Below, piece after piece: positions 33,701-43,649 of a stretch of 64,000 bases of DNA. Where the stretch lies: contig OX337232.1 in NCBI GenBank assembly GCA_946965045.2, forward strand, positions 1,550,001 through 1,614,000. Reading direction: 5' to 3'. Positions within the stretch are counted from its first letter, which is position 1, and the number at the start of each line of letters is the position of its first letter. The translations under genes and the position numbers were made by a program. The DNA comes from Epithemia pelagica (lineage: Eukaryota > Protista > Bacillariophyta). The notes under the pieces were generated by a model that searched no databases, was not told where the DNA came from, and saw only the letters and a program-made list of their open reading frames with translations.

Positions 33701-34012
33701 AGTATTCCGAAAGAAGTGCTGTATGTCTCTGGGCAAAAGCTGGGTTTGTGGAACCTTCTAGACTGCGTTCTTCAACTGTTGCTCGAACAGCTTCATTCGA
33801 CAACCTCAAACTCAGTTTCTAAAATCAAGTCAAAGGTCAGTGACATGATGGCCACCTATGCTCAAGTGAATTCGCCGGGATACTACCAATGGCTCTCTAG
33901 TGTTATCGACGGGACGACGGAAGTACGGAACGTCTTGGTTAGTCTTAGTATGATGTCCCCTGAAGATGCAATCGAAAGTTTGAAGAAAGCAGGCGAGCTC
34001 ATGAACATGTAA
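27734..34012 (+). CDS. INTS1: Integrator complex subunit 1-like, about 2,030 aa (exons 27734-27900, 28032-about 31974, about 32015-34012)
   Basis: HWPTPLIDAYVSDCFGSRLWVD..CHILVKNL resembles the INTS1 N-terminal WP...Y..DS.G.R.WVD motif; RGAIERAYDWL and LPSSASCFLLL blocks; size fits; intron 27901-28031 (GTGAGC...TAG) joins a 55-codon first exon in frame. Confidence 0.72.
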
Positions 34013-34116
34013 ATATTGTGACTATAGCATAATAATAGACTGTTGGAATAAGTTTTCTGAGTGGAACATGTTGTGAATGATGGAATTATGAAATTGACTT
34101 CAACACTCTTGTCCGA

Positions 34117-34641
34117 TCAAACAGCCTTTTCCCACACCTGTCGAAAACTGTTGTCCATGGCATAGTCTACAAGCCAGTCAATTGGTTTGACAATTATCGG
34201 GATAGAAGACAATCCTGCTGCAGTGGGTCCCCATTCTATCACAAACTGCGGAAGGGCAAGAGGCGATCGCCGTACTGCCAACCGACTTGCCTTTACGATC
34301 AAGTTGATGGTAGCACCTGGGATGGCCACACTCGCAAAGGACTGCCACAAAAGTGTATCAATTGCGGCTCTTGCAACCTCCCGAAGCACACGATCCTGAC
34401 CTTCCTGCGATGGTGGGATCATACTGCGATGATCTTGAACAGTCCTTTGGGCCGAATTCCACGCATCAATACCGTTTGTGGCAGCGTCGGCGATACAGTA
34501 ACCAAATGCAACGACGTAAGAAGGCATAACCATACGAGGAAACTGGTAACGGAAAGATTCTCCCAATTCGTTGGCATAACCTAAAAAACGAAAAGGAGAG
34601 TCACGAAATATATCGTAGGTTTCAGACTCTTTCTGATCCAT
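34117..34641 (-). CDS. MTFP1: Mitochondrial fission process protein 1 (MTP18)
   Basis: YDIFRDSPFRFLGYANELGESFR; DTLLWQSFASVAIPGATIN; PIIVKPID. Confidence 0.92.
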   Translation of the reverse strand: MDQKESETYDIFRDSPFRFLGYANELGESFRYQFPRMVMPSYVVAFGYCIADAATNGIDAWNSAQRTVQDHRSMIPPSQEGQDRVLREVARAAIDTLLWQSFASVAIPGATINLIVKASRLAVRRSPLALPQFVIEWGPTAAGLSSIPIIVKPIDWLVDYAMDNSFRQVWEKAV

Positions 34642-35057
34642 CTCTCATAAAGATTACGTAGCGGAGAATGTCTTCAAGTGATACGTTGATTTGTGGAAAG
34701 TGTGGAAAGTTGATCTTCATTGTTTGTTGCCGATCGGATTGGACTTGTGACGCAGAAAACTTGTGTGACAGAGGCAAACATGTTACACCCAAGGCATCCC
34801 TGAAAAATTGGTACGGTCTTGTACTCGTACCCCACCAATTTCAATTTATAATACTGGTTGGGTCAAAGAAGGCGCGCTCTGTTTTGATATAGCCCAGGAT
34901 GAACCATGACCAAAATAATGTCTCTGCGATTTCGATAAACAACTTGGAATCTGAACCAAGAGAACCAACACCATTTTTTTTCTTGAAACACATTTTTCAC
35001 GAATAGATCCCTTTTCTCTTACAGCAAAACGCAGAAAAACCAACGCAATCATCAATC

Positions 35058-36149
35058 ATGGGAAGATCGGGTTCTTCTTCGCGTAGTTCTGCATCAAGAG
35101 GCTCTGGTATGGGCTCTTCAGCACGTAGCTCGGCATCACGAGGTTCAGGAAGAAGAAGCTCTTCTACGGACATTGATTCGCAGACCAAGGCATCGTCAAA
35201 GTACACAGTTGGGACCGCAGAGTTCCATGATGAACCAGAACAATACAGACCGGATCGATCGTCCCGTGATCGTCCTGAACGTTGTAGTCCCTGTTTTCTC
35301 TGCTTTTCCTGTGGTGTTGCTATATGTTTGCTGGTGGGCGGCGTCGCTATTGCCATTGTTGTTCTCTATATGACGGACGAGGGATCTCCACAACCAGTGG
35401 GTAAATGCGGGGAATGCCATTGTATTCCTAAAGGCAATGCTGGTCAATGTCCCTCAAATGTTCCTACGACAGATTATACAGACAGCATGATTGAAAGCCT
35501 ACGGAAACAAGAACCTATGAATGCTGTTGAGATGCCTCCCTGTGACCCTTACACCGATTCTTCGTGCAAGCTAGGATCAGCACTGGGAGATTTTGGTGGC
35601 GGATCGGTTTGCGGAATCCATTACGAAGATTCGTTTTGTTCCTCCTACAAACTCATGACTTATGCCAGCGAAAAGTTGGCGAAGGACAATGGTGCCTTTG
35701 TAACACATCAAGGAGCATGTGGTGTTTGCAGTACAACACAAGATTTGGCGGCCTATATGAGAACTGTTGACCTGACAACAGCCAGTCACAACTGCGAAGT
35801 AAAGGCAGCGACCGATCAAGCTAAGGGTAGACAGTGTTTTGAGAATTTGGGCTTTTCTACCGACTGTGCTGAACTTTGGTCCAATGCAGCTCGCGAGAAG
35901 GAGAAAAAATGTGCTTTCAAATGTGTTGTCGGTATCTTTCGAGACACGCCCTTCAATTCGGATGCTCCTTCATGCACATTAAATGATTGCCTGCAGTGTA
36001 AGAAAGACCATACCTATTCGGAATTCCGGCATTTCGCTGGTCGAACCAGTGCTTCATCTGGGCTGTTGTCCGCCATTGTTCGACCCTGTTCTGAAATTGC
36101 CAACATTCAGCAACTGGTGTGTCCTTCAACAAAACCCTTGTTGAATTAA
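35058..36149 (+). CDS. Type II single-pass protein with a large Cys-rich ectodomain (uncharacterised)
   Basis: S/R-rich N-terminus; TM at aa about 83-105; about 20 Cys including GAFVTHQGACGVCSTTQDLAAY. Confidence 0.75.
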   Translation: MGRSGSSSRSSASRGSGMGSSARSSASRGSGRRSSSTDIDSQTKASSKYTVGTAEFHDEPEQYRPDRSSRDRPERCSPCFLCFSCGVAICLLVGGVAIAIVVLYMTDEGSPQPVGKCGECHCIPKGNAGQCPSNVPTTDYTDSMIESLRKQEPMNAVEMPPCDPYTDSSCKLGSALGDFGGGSVCGIHYEDSFCSSYKLMTYASEKLAKDNGAFVTHQGACGVCSTTQDLAAYMRTVDLTTASHNCEVKAATDQAKGRQCFENLGFSTDCAELWSNAAREKEKKCAFKCVVGIFRDTPFNSDAPSCTLNDCLQCKKDHTYSEFRHFAGRTSASSGLLSAIVRPCSEIANIQQLVCPSTKPLLN

Positions 36150-36319
36150 CGCTATCCGGGAAGAAAGTGAGCAATAGTGGGAGTTTGTGTTGAGGCTTGA
36201 TCTTGTTTGGGGCTAACTGTGTATCATAGTTCAATGGGAATAATGTATTTTCAACTTTTTGTATGACATGATTATTCTTATTAAATGTGTCCTACGTTCG
36301 ATGTAACCACTTGTAAGCA

Positions 36320-37009
36320 TCATCCAGTCCATCGATCATGGAGTCGAGGGTCTGGCTTTGTTTCCAGCACATGAGGGTTATGGGACAGATATTCTCTGAC
36401 TGTTGTCTTACGATCAATCAAAAAAGTATCGTCCAAAAATGAGTTGAAACATTCTTCGCCCATACTTTTAGCAGCCAAATAACAATGCCGCAAATACAGT
36501 GCACAAGGTCGCATTCCGGAATCTTCAGCCCAATTCCATATTGTGTCCACACCATACTGGACAAATTGTTTCTCAAAGTGTTCTTTTCCCCATCTCTCCA
36601 GGTACGTTTCATCTGCTGATCTTGTGCAAATGATTCCATTCTCGACCTTCCTGCCATCCCATTCCAGGTAGGGTACAGAGACAATGTCGAATTCTTCCTC
36701 TCGTTCCAAAAATTCTCGACTTGGGATTACTTTTCCATCCTTCAGTTTAATTCTGTCATCATTTGGAACCTCAAAGATGACAGCGACAAACCCAGGAAAG
36801 TCTTCCGATACATATATAACGGAAAGGGAACTTATTTCAAGGGTATCGAGATTGGCAATCTGCCTCTGGAAAAATACAGAGGTCGGATGGGCGAAAACCC
36901 GTCTGTATCCTGGCACCCTTCCTAGACGAAAGTCCGTCAAGGTCGGAAATGTTAATCGAGCGGATTTTTCCGACAGTAGAGCACCAAATCCGACAACAGT
37001 GATCTTCAT
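36320..37009 (-). CDS. Gamma-glutamylcyclotransferase-fold protein, copy A (229 aa)
   Basis: N-terminal VVGFGALL...G.RRVF motif and EFLERE. True ATG taken at 37009, because homology with copy B begins 6 nt upstream of it. Confidence 0.75.
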   Translation of the reverse strand: MKITVVGFGALLSEKSARLTFPTLTDFRLGRVPGYRRVFAHPTSVFFQRQIANLDTLEISSLSVIYVSEDFPGFVAVIFEVPNDDRIKLKDGKVIPSREFLEREEEFDIVSVPYLEWDGRKVENGIICTRSADETYLERWGKEHFEKQFVQYGVDTIWNWAEDSGMRPCALYLRHCYLAAKSMGEECFNSFLDDTFLIDRKTTVREYLSHNPHVLETKPDPRLHDRWTG

Positions 37010-37159
37010 GGTCAACGAATCAGGAAATGGAAAGTCCAGGTGCCAACGAAAGATACTTCTATGAGCGCTGGGGTGTACCCTGACTGTATCCGTACGTACG
37101 TGTCTACCGGGACCAGGACCATCACGAATCACGACAAGAAAGATTGGGAGGAATTGACC

Positions 37160-37852
37160 ATGAAGATCACCGTTATTGGCTTTGGATCATTGCTGTCGGA
37201 AAAATCGGCTCGATTAACATTTCCGACCTTGACGGACTTTCGGCTCGGCAGAGTCCCTCGATTCAGACGTGTCTTTGGGCATCCAGCATCTATTTTCTTT
37301 CAGCGGCAGATTGCCAATCTCGATACCCTTGAAATAAGTTCCCTTTCCGTTGAATATGTATCGGAAGACTTTCCTGGGTTTGTGGCTTCCATCTTTGAGG
37401 TTCCCAATGATAACAAAGTTGAATTGAAGGATGGAAAAGTAGTCCCAAGTCGAGAATTTTTGGAACGGGAGGAAGAATTCGACATTGTCTCTGTACCCTA
37501 CCTGGAATGGGATGGCAGGAAGGTCGAGAATGGAATCATTTGCACAAGATCAACAGATGAAACGTACCTGGAGAGATGGGGAAAAGAACACTTTGAGAAA
37601 CATTTTGTCAAGTATGGTGTGGACACAATATGGAATTGGGCTGAAGATTCCGGAATGCGACCTTGTGCACTGTATTTGCGGCATTGTTGTTATTTGGCGG
37701 CTAAAAGTATGGGCGAAGAATGTTTCAACTCATTTTTGGACGATATCTTTTTGATTGATCGTGAGACAACAGTCAAAGAATACCTGTCCCATAACCCTCA
37801 TGTGCTGGAAACGAAAGCACCACCAGAACTCCGTGAGCGATATAATGGGTGA
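37160..37852 (+). CDS. Gamma-glutamylcyclotransferase-fold protein, copy B (230 aa)
   Basis: VIGFGSLL...RRVF; inverted paralog of copy A; ATG at 37160. Confidence 0.75.
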   Translation: MKITVIGFGSLLSEKSARLTFPTLTDFRLGRVPRFRRVFGHPASIFFQRQIANLDTLEISSLSVEYVSEDFPGFVASIFEVPNDNKVELKDGKVVPSREFLEREEEFDIVSVPYLEWDGRKVENGIICTRSTDETYLERWGKEHFEKHFVKYGVDTIWNWAEDSGMRPCALYLRHCCYLAAKSMGEECFNSFLDDIFLIDRETTVKEYLSHNPHVLETKAPPELRERYNG

Positions 37853-38083
37853 TGTTAGAAGTGGACAATTCGTAGCCCAAATGTATAGAAGAGGTCTTAT
37901 CCTCGTTTTCATCATTGCTTATCATCGGATAGGCCCTAAGATGGTTCTCTACACGAAAGTCTATAAATTCGAAGCAGCTTTTAATAGATACGTTGGCCTG
38001 GGGCTTGCGAGATTCACCTGTGTGCAACGTTTCGTGACTCACGATCGGCTGCCATTGTGGTTCTCAAACCTTGCTCCAATTAC

Positions 38084-40005
38084 TTATCTTCGACCCATGT
38101 TCGGTGGTGCTCCACCAGGTGGCGCCATGCCCATCGATTGTGCCATGCGCATGACTGATTCCATATCCATACCTGACGGGAAACCGCCAGGGGGCATACT
38201 ATTTGGGAAACCTCCGCCCATTCCAGGGGGCATACTACCTCCCATGTTTGGGAAACCTCCGCCCATTCCAGGAGGCATACTGCCTCCCATGTTCGGCATG
38301 CCACCGCCCATCCCTTGCATCATGGTACTGAAATCTGGCATACCGCCTCCAGCTGCGCCTCCCGGATTACCTCCTTTGGCCATAGACTGCATCATCGCCA
38401 TGACCTTTTCGCGACCGCCCATTTGCTGTAGCATGCGTGGGTCCATTTGATTTATTCTCTGATTGATGAGATTAGGGTTTTTACGCATTTGCTGCGCCAG
38501 CTGCTGTTGTTGAGATTGCGCTTTTTTGTTACCAATCATTCCCGATTTGCCCATTTTGTTGACCATGCCAGCAAATTGTTTGTGTGTCACAAGAAGCATT
38601 TTAACTTCATTCGGATGGCTTCCAGAGCCTGCCGCAATCCGACGGATTCGTGACTCAATTTTGGGGTCGTCTTTTTGGTGCATATCGATCTTTCCATCCA
38701 ACTCTGCATTGTTCATTGAATCCATGATGACCATAAACTTTCGCAATCGGGCAGTTGATTGTTCATCGCCCCCTTTGGGAATCAAATATTCAGGCATGCC
38801 TGGAATCATTCCAGCAAGCTTGCCGAAACTTCCCATGGACATCACTTTCTCAAACTGGGTGTACATCCTAGATACCATACAAGGAATTCAGAAGTGTACG
38901 TTTTCAAAGAGAGAAAGAGAAGTACGCTTGACGGAGATACTTACATTCTCAAAGTAAATTCCCCTTTCGACATTTTTTCCACCATTTCCTCTTGTTGCTT
39001 CGAATCAGTCACTCCCTTCATTGCCTCCATCAGCCCCCTCACATCACCAAAGCCAAGTAACTTCGACACAAACGATTGTGCGTTAAAGGGATCCAAATCA
39101 TCAAAATGCTCACCGGATCCGGTAAAGATGATCGGTGACTGCGTAGCAGCCACGGCACTCAGTGCCCCTCCACCCTTCGCATGGCCATCCAGCTTTGTAA
39201 CAATCACAGATCCAACTTCCACCGCGTTGTGAAAGGCCAACGCTTGGTCATATACAGCTTGTCCTTGCGTTGCATCCATGACAAGAACTGTGTTGTGTGG
39301 CTTGACGGCCAACGAGATTTCTTGCATCTCTTCGAACAGAGCTGCTTCTTGTTTGTGACGACCAGAGGTGTCAACAATGATGACTTCGTAGCGATCTTTG
39401 ATAAATTGATTCACTCCGTCTTCCGCAATGATAACTGGATCAGCTTCCGTGTACGAACCATAGAATGGGACTCGTAACTTTGTAGCATTTTGCTTCAGTT
39501 GATCGAACGCTCCAGCGCGAAAAGTATCGGCGCACACCATGGCTGTCTTCCACCCTCGCCTTTGGTAGTAGTTGGCAAATTTGGCGATAGTTGTTGTTTT
39601 CCCAGCACCTTGCAATCCCACAAACAAAATGATATTCGATTTACCCTTTCTCATCACATAACCTTTGTTGTGTTTGTTGTTTCCATCACCACCAGGGGAC
39701 AACAAGGCAACTAGTTCATCAACAACAGCTCTCTGAACGGTCTTACTGATGTTGTTTTGAGCTCGTTGAGATTCTTCTTGATTGTTTTGATCTTCGTCGT
39801 CTTTCAAGAGTCCTTGTACTGTTTCCTTCACATTGTCCCGTAGTTGCATAACCAGCTTCACGTTCACATCGGCTTCGATCAATGCGCGCACAATATCCGA
39901 CAGCACATCATTGAGGATCTGAGTCGTCACATTTCCTCTTTGACCGGTGCTATGAAGCTTCCGCAACGTATCGCGGAGCTTCCCGCCCAGTTCAGCCAAA
40001 ACCAT
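38084..40005 (-). CDS. SRP54: Cytosolic signal recognition particle 54 kDa subunit (exons 40005-38945, 38867-38084)
   Basis: MVLAELG; GLQGAGKTTT; DTFRAGAFDQL; DTSGRH; TKLDGHAKGGGALS; M-domain; intron 38868-38944. Confidence 0.97.
38195..38300 (-). repeat. 42-nt tandem duplication in the SRP54 G/M/P-rich tail (MGGSMPPGMGGGFPN x2)
   Basis: gggaaacctccgcccattccaggNggcatact occurs twice. Confidence 0.85.
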
Positions 40006-40167
40006 GGTCGTCGTTTCGCTACGGGCAAAGAGTGACGGTTGACGGTGGTGTGGTTTGCCAGAGAAGGAAAGGATAGCGATGGGGTTTATTGGGTCCCGTT
40101 TGCAACCTGAATCGTTGATGCCATCATCTGTTCATCTCTTCCATCATGTCCATCGACAAAACAAATA

Positions 40168-40959
40168 ATGGGCACCTATCCGATACACGATAACGTGACA
40201 GAGGAAGCAGCTCGTGAGATCCTTCGTAACTCATTCGCGGTTGTCCGCTTGGATGATGACCTCGTTGCACATTTGCAGGAATCGTCAAAGGAAGCCAGAA
40301 AATTCTTTTGTGAAAAGAACGACGAAGAGAAGGAAGCTTATCGGAATCTTGACCCAGAAGGTCACCTCTTGGGATTCAACGAACCTAGCCGTGCAAAGTA
40401 CTTGTATCGAGTGCTTGGCGATCGACAATCCTATCAACCTTGGCCAAATGAAAGATTTGCCTTTCTCTCCCTACATATAAGCTCTTGCTTACACAACTTG
40501 CTCGTTCGTTATCTGGATGCCATAATCGACATTGCATGCCAAGAGCCTCCTCTTCGCCCTGCCTCCGGAAGAAAGACTCTTACACGTGGTTTAACAACGC
40601 GAAACTGTCCTCTTGACTATTTCTTTTATCATGAGCGTCAGCACAGGGAGAAGAATGCTACCAACTTAGTTCCCAATTGCACTCCCCATGTGGACCGTGG
40701 AATGTTGATTATTGTCTGCTTGACAGCAGTGCCGGGTCTAGAGGTGATTTCTAGATCAAATGGCGAGGTTGTGTGTCCCGAAGAGCTCTTCGCGGACAAT
40801 GTTCTTGCCAACGAGGAATTTCGGTTGGCTTGCATCATGACTGGTGGACAACTTGCTTCAACCATCTCGTCATGCTGTACACCATGTGTTCACCGGGTAC
40901 GAGATCATCTCGAAAAGCAACGTCTTTCAATCAGCTATGAGGTTCGTTTGTCCGTTTGA
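40168..40959 (+). CDS. 2-oxoglutarate/Fe(II)-dependent oxygenase (IPNS-like)
   Basis: H-x-D (PHVDRG), distal H (VHRV) and R-x-S (RLSISYE). Confidence 0.8.
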   Translation: MGTYPIHDNVTEEAAREILRNSFAVVRLDDDLVAHLQESSKEARKFFCEKNDEEKEAYRNLDPEGHLLGFNEPSRAKYLYRVLGDRQSYQPWPNERFAFLSLHISSCLHNLLVRYLDAIIDIACQEPPLRPASGRKTLTRGLTTRNCPLDYFFYHERQHREKNATNLVPNCTPHVDRGMLIIVCLTAVPGLEVISRSNGEVVCPEELFADNVLANEEFRLACIMTGGQLASTISSCCTPCVHRVRDHLEKQRLSISYEVRLSV

Positions 40960-41170
40960 TAATAGAAGATGAACCAACGTAGAACTAAAATAGAGTTGCT
41001 AGCTAGGAGTACTCCAAATTTTACTCCAGACGTCGTCCTATAGCTTTTGTGCGACCATGGTCGCATTAAACACGATTTGGAAAAGATGACTCAGGATTCT
41101 CACTCCCGTGGATGGAACGACGCACAACGGCAATGGGCAAAGGGTACCATTACCATTCTACGCCTTGACC

Positions 41171-41815
41171 ATGATCATCAGATACGTTGGTATTCTACTT
41201 CTTTGTCTCTCAGAGGGATTTAGCTTCAACCTAAATGCTGGACTTTCAAGTCGGCGCCTTTCCTTGAGAGCAGCGTCAGCGACGTCAGAGACTGAGCAAA
41301 ATGTTGATGTAGTTCCAATTGAACCGAAAGAAGCAGTGAAACTCTTCGGTCGTCTTGCAGAAAAATATATCATGTTGGATGAATCCGCTGGAATGTGCTG
41401 TTATTCCGCTTGTTCTGACTGCGAATATCGATTGCCCGATGGAGGTTATCGAATGGCGGATCAGTCAGCAGCGAGGCCAAAGTGGATCCCAAACTATGTC
41501 TTTCGAGCGGCGAACAACAAAGAGCATACGACCAAATGGAGTTCGGAACTTTTCATAGATGGTCCTGCCCTGAAACAAGATGAATTTGTGGAGAGAATAA
41601 AGCAACTGGCGTACGCCCCAACTCTTGGCGGCCCGTATATCGCCGCATCGGGTGCTGCGATTGATGATGACCTTGCGGCGAGGGCTTTGTTTGAGGTCTT
41701 GGCAAACGGTAAAGACGTTCTTACAAAGAGCAAGATGAGTATGCGAATAAAGCAATTAGCAGGAGGTGAAGAGGGACTAACGTGGGCAATGTTCATCAAG
41801 GCAATTGGAGGCTAG
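41171..41815 (+). CDS. Probable plastid-targeted protein with an oxidoreductase-like N-terminal Cys motif
   Basis: ATG at 41171 gives a signal peptide + SEG-FSF; CCYSACSDC motif resembles the Oxidored-like CC.SGC..C. Confidence 0.65.
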   Translation: MIIRYVGILLLCLSEGFSFNLNAGLSSRRLSLRAASATSETEQNVDVVPIEPKEAVKLFGRLAEKYIMLDESAGMCCYSACSDCEYRLPDGGYRMADQSAARPKWIPNYVFRAANNKEHTTKWSSELFIDGPALKQDEFVERIKQLAYAPTLGGPYIAASGAAIDDDLAARALFEVLANGKDVLTKSKMSMRIKQLAGGEEGLTWAMFIKAIGG

Positions 41816-41870
41816 AGACGAAAAGATCCGACAGAATCTAAGTTGTTGAATTCTTGTGAGAAGCTTTCTA

Positions 41871-42875
41871 TCAAGCCTCTTCGATCCATGTGCGCCCGAA
41901 AGACTGGCATTGAAGACGATTAATAAGTTCATCTCCTCGATCTTTTACACCCCAGGTTTCCCCTTTCTTCAAATCTTGGTTACGGCTGGCATTCATACCC
42001 ATGCTCTTAACGTTGCTGCTGCCGCAACTGCACAATGATGAAACGATATCTAGCGTATGGTCCATCTGAAAGTTTGGTTCCTCACGTTTCGTTTCATTGT
42101 TCATGTCCGTAGGATCCTCATCAAGCACTGTATTCCAGATGGACTTTCTGCTGGATTTCCGTCTTTTGGAGAAATCGTGTTGTTTCTTAGTCTCTGCATG
42201 CGCAGCCGCGGAGGCAGCCCGTTGCATCCTATTTTCCATGTCACGATGTAGCCGCGCTTGCTTCTCATGAGTCCGTATAAGTCGTTCGGGTAGAGCAACT
42301 TCACGGAGAAATCCACCTGCATTCGAATCCAATGTCGAAGTTGATGGAACTGGAGGTTTCTTCAAAGTACGCCGCGATTTCTTATTCAGATTATGCAGAA
42401 TCGCTAATGGATCATGCTGCTGCGTAGTGAATGCTCTAGCTGATGCTTCTGCGATTTCTTGTTGTACCTGAAGAAACGCGTCGGCGAACATCTCTTGCAT
42501 TGGTTTGAGCTGTGAGTCGAATTCCTCCTGGTCCAGGATCTCGACATCACCCTGCTCCCCGGGGTCCGACCTGTTGTTCTCTCTGCTCACGCTTGATACG
42601 GTCGTAATCTGCCCAATGGGTGTTCTAGCGATCCGAGCGGTAGGTGTCGTATAGTAGTGAAGCAGACAAAGCGATCGGGTGATTTTCTTGCTTTTGGGAA
42701 ATCGGGGATGGGGCAGTTTGACCCTCAGAGCCACACGAGATTGCTGACAAAACCAACAAAGCTTCTCATCTAAGGAACCATCATCTACTTCGTCGAAGAT
42801 ATGGTTCACACGGCTTCCCAATTCTGACAACGGAGCTTGCCGCTTTCGGCCATGCTTTTTTCCTTGCGACGACAT
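41871..42875 (-). CDS. Hypothetical nuclear protein with an N-terminal CWFC...C..H motif and a C-terminal zinc-ribbon-like motif
   Basis: 334-aa ORF; CSCGS...CQSFGRTW resembles a TFIIS/RPB9-type ribbon. Confidence 0.6.
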   Translation of the reverse strand: MSSQGKKHGRKRQAPLSELGSRVNHIFDEVDDGSLDEKLCWFCQQSRVALRVKLPHPRFPKSKKITRSLCLLHYYTTPTARIARTPIGQITTVSSVSRENNRSDPGEQGDVEILDQEEFDSQLKPMQEMFADAFLQVQQEIAEASARAFTTQQHDPLAILHNLNKKSRRTLKKPPVPSTSTLDSNAGGFLREVALPERLIRTHEKQARLHRDMENRMQRAASAAAHAETKKQHDFSKRRKSSRKSIWNTVLDEDPTDMNNETKREEPNFQMDHTLDIVSSLCSCGSSNVKSMGMNASRNQDLKKGETWGVKDRGDELINRLQCQSFGRTWIEEA

Positions 42876-43649
42876 TTTTCTGTGTGGCTGTCTTCTGAAA
42901 ATAATATTGGGCCGTATAGGGTTAAGGATTTCACCACTCTAGATTGTCTTTCGCAATGACCATGGCGGTCTTCCATTGTTGATTGTGAGACCCGTAGTTA
43001 AAATTAACTGCAAAAAATATCATAGGGAGCAAGATAAGTCTCCAAGGAACACATTGATGCCATTTTGTGCAGTTTCTTTTTCGAAATGAGCTCAAAAATT
43101 GAAGATTCCGAAGCCACCACGAAAACTCTACAACGTAGTTGAATCATCAGGACAAAGAGATGCTACTCAGCGCGGATCAACTAGCACCTTCGTGATCTCG
43201 CGAATCCTTGCCTCCATTGATGCTTCTGTAAGTGATCCGGTCCACATGCAATGTCCTTCTGTCGATGTTTTACCTACTTGATTCCTGTACCTTTTATGCC
43301 TATGTGGGAGAAGTGGAAAGCCTTCAGTGGAGAAGCACCCTCAGCCCTTATATTTCACGCAGATGGCTCTACCTAGCTTGCCACAGTTCATAATGCAGGT
43401 GTTAGAACATCCCGTCTTTTTCAATGACTCGAATCAATAGCTGGACCAAAGTTGGGCAGGCAAAGGGCGACTCTATGTTGTTGTCCAACTCGGGACTAAG
43501 GCATTTCTGCAATATGCTCCCCAACTCCAGTACTGTCATGAAGATACTTCCAATATGGATGGAAGCAGCCCACTCAGTCGCACAGCTTTTTGTTGAATGG
43601 AACATCGGATTGTGAGCGTATAGCCCTGGTTTGCCCAAAACTTGGCCCG

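Larger units (their letters stand above)
36320..37852. repeat. Large inverted repeat (arms about 695 bp, spacer about 140 bp) formed by the two GGCT-like genes
   Basis: Arms are reverse complements from ttgaccATG to near the stop codons. Confidence 0.95.

Noticed and set aside
43000-43640. Coding-like text with stops downstream of the 43650 ORF
   Set aside because: Fragments are short, in mixed frames and have no motif; there is no support for a distinct gene.
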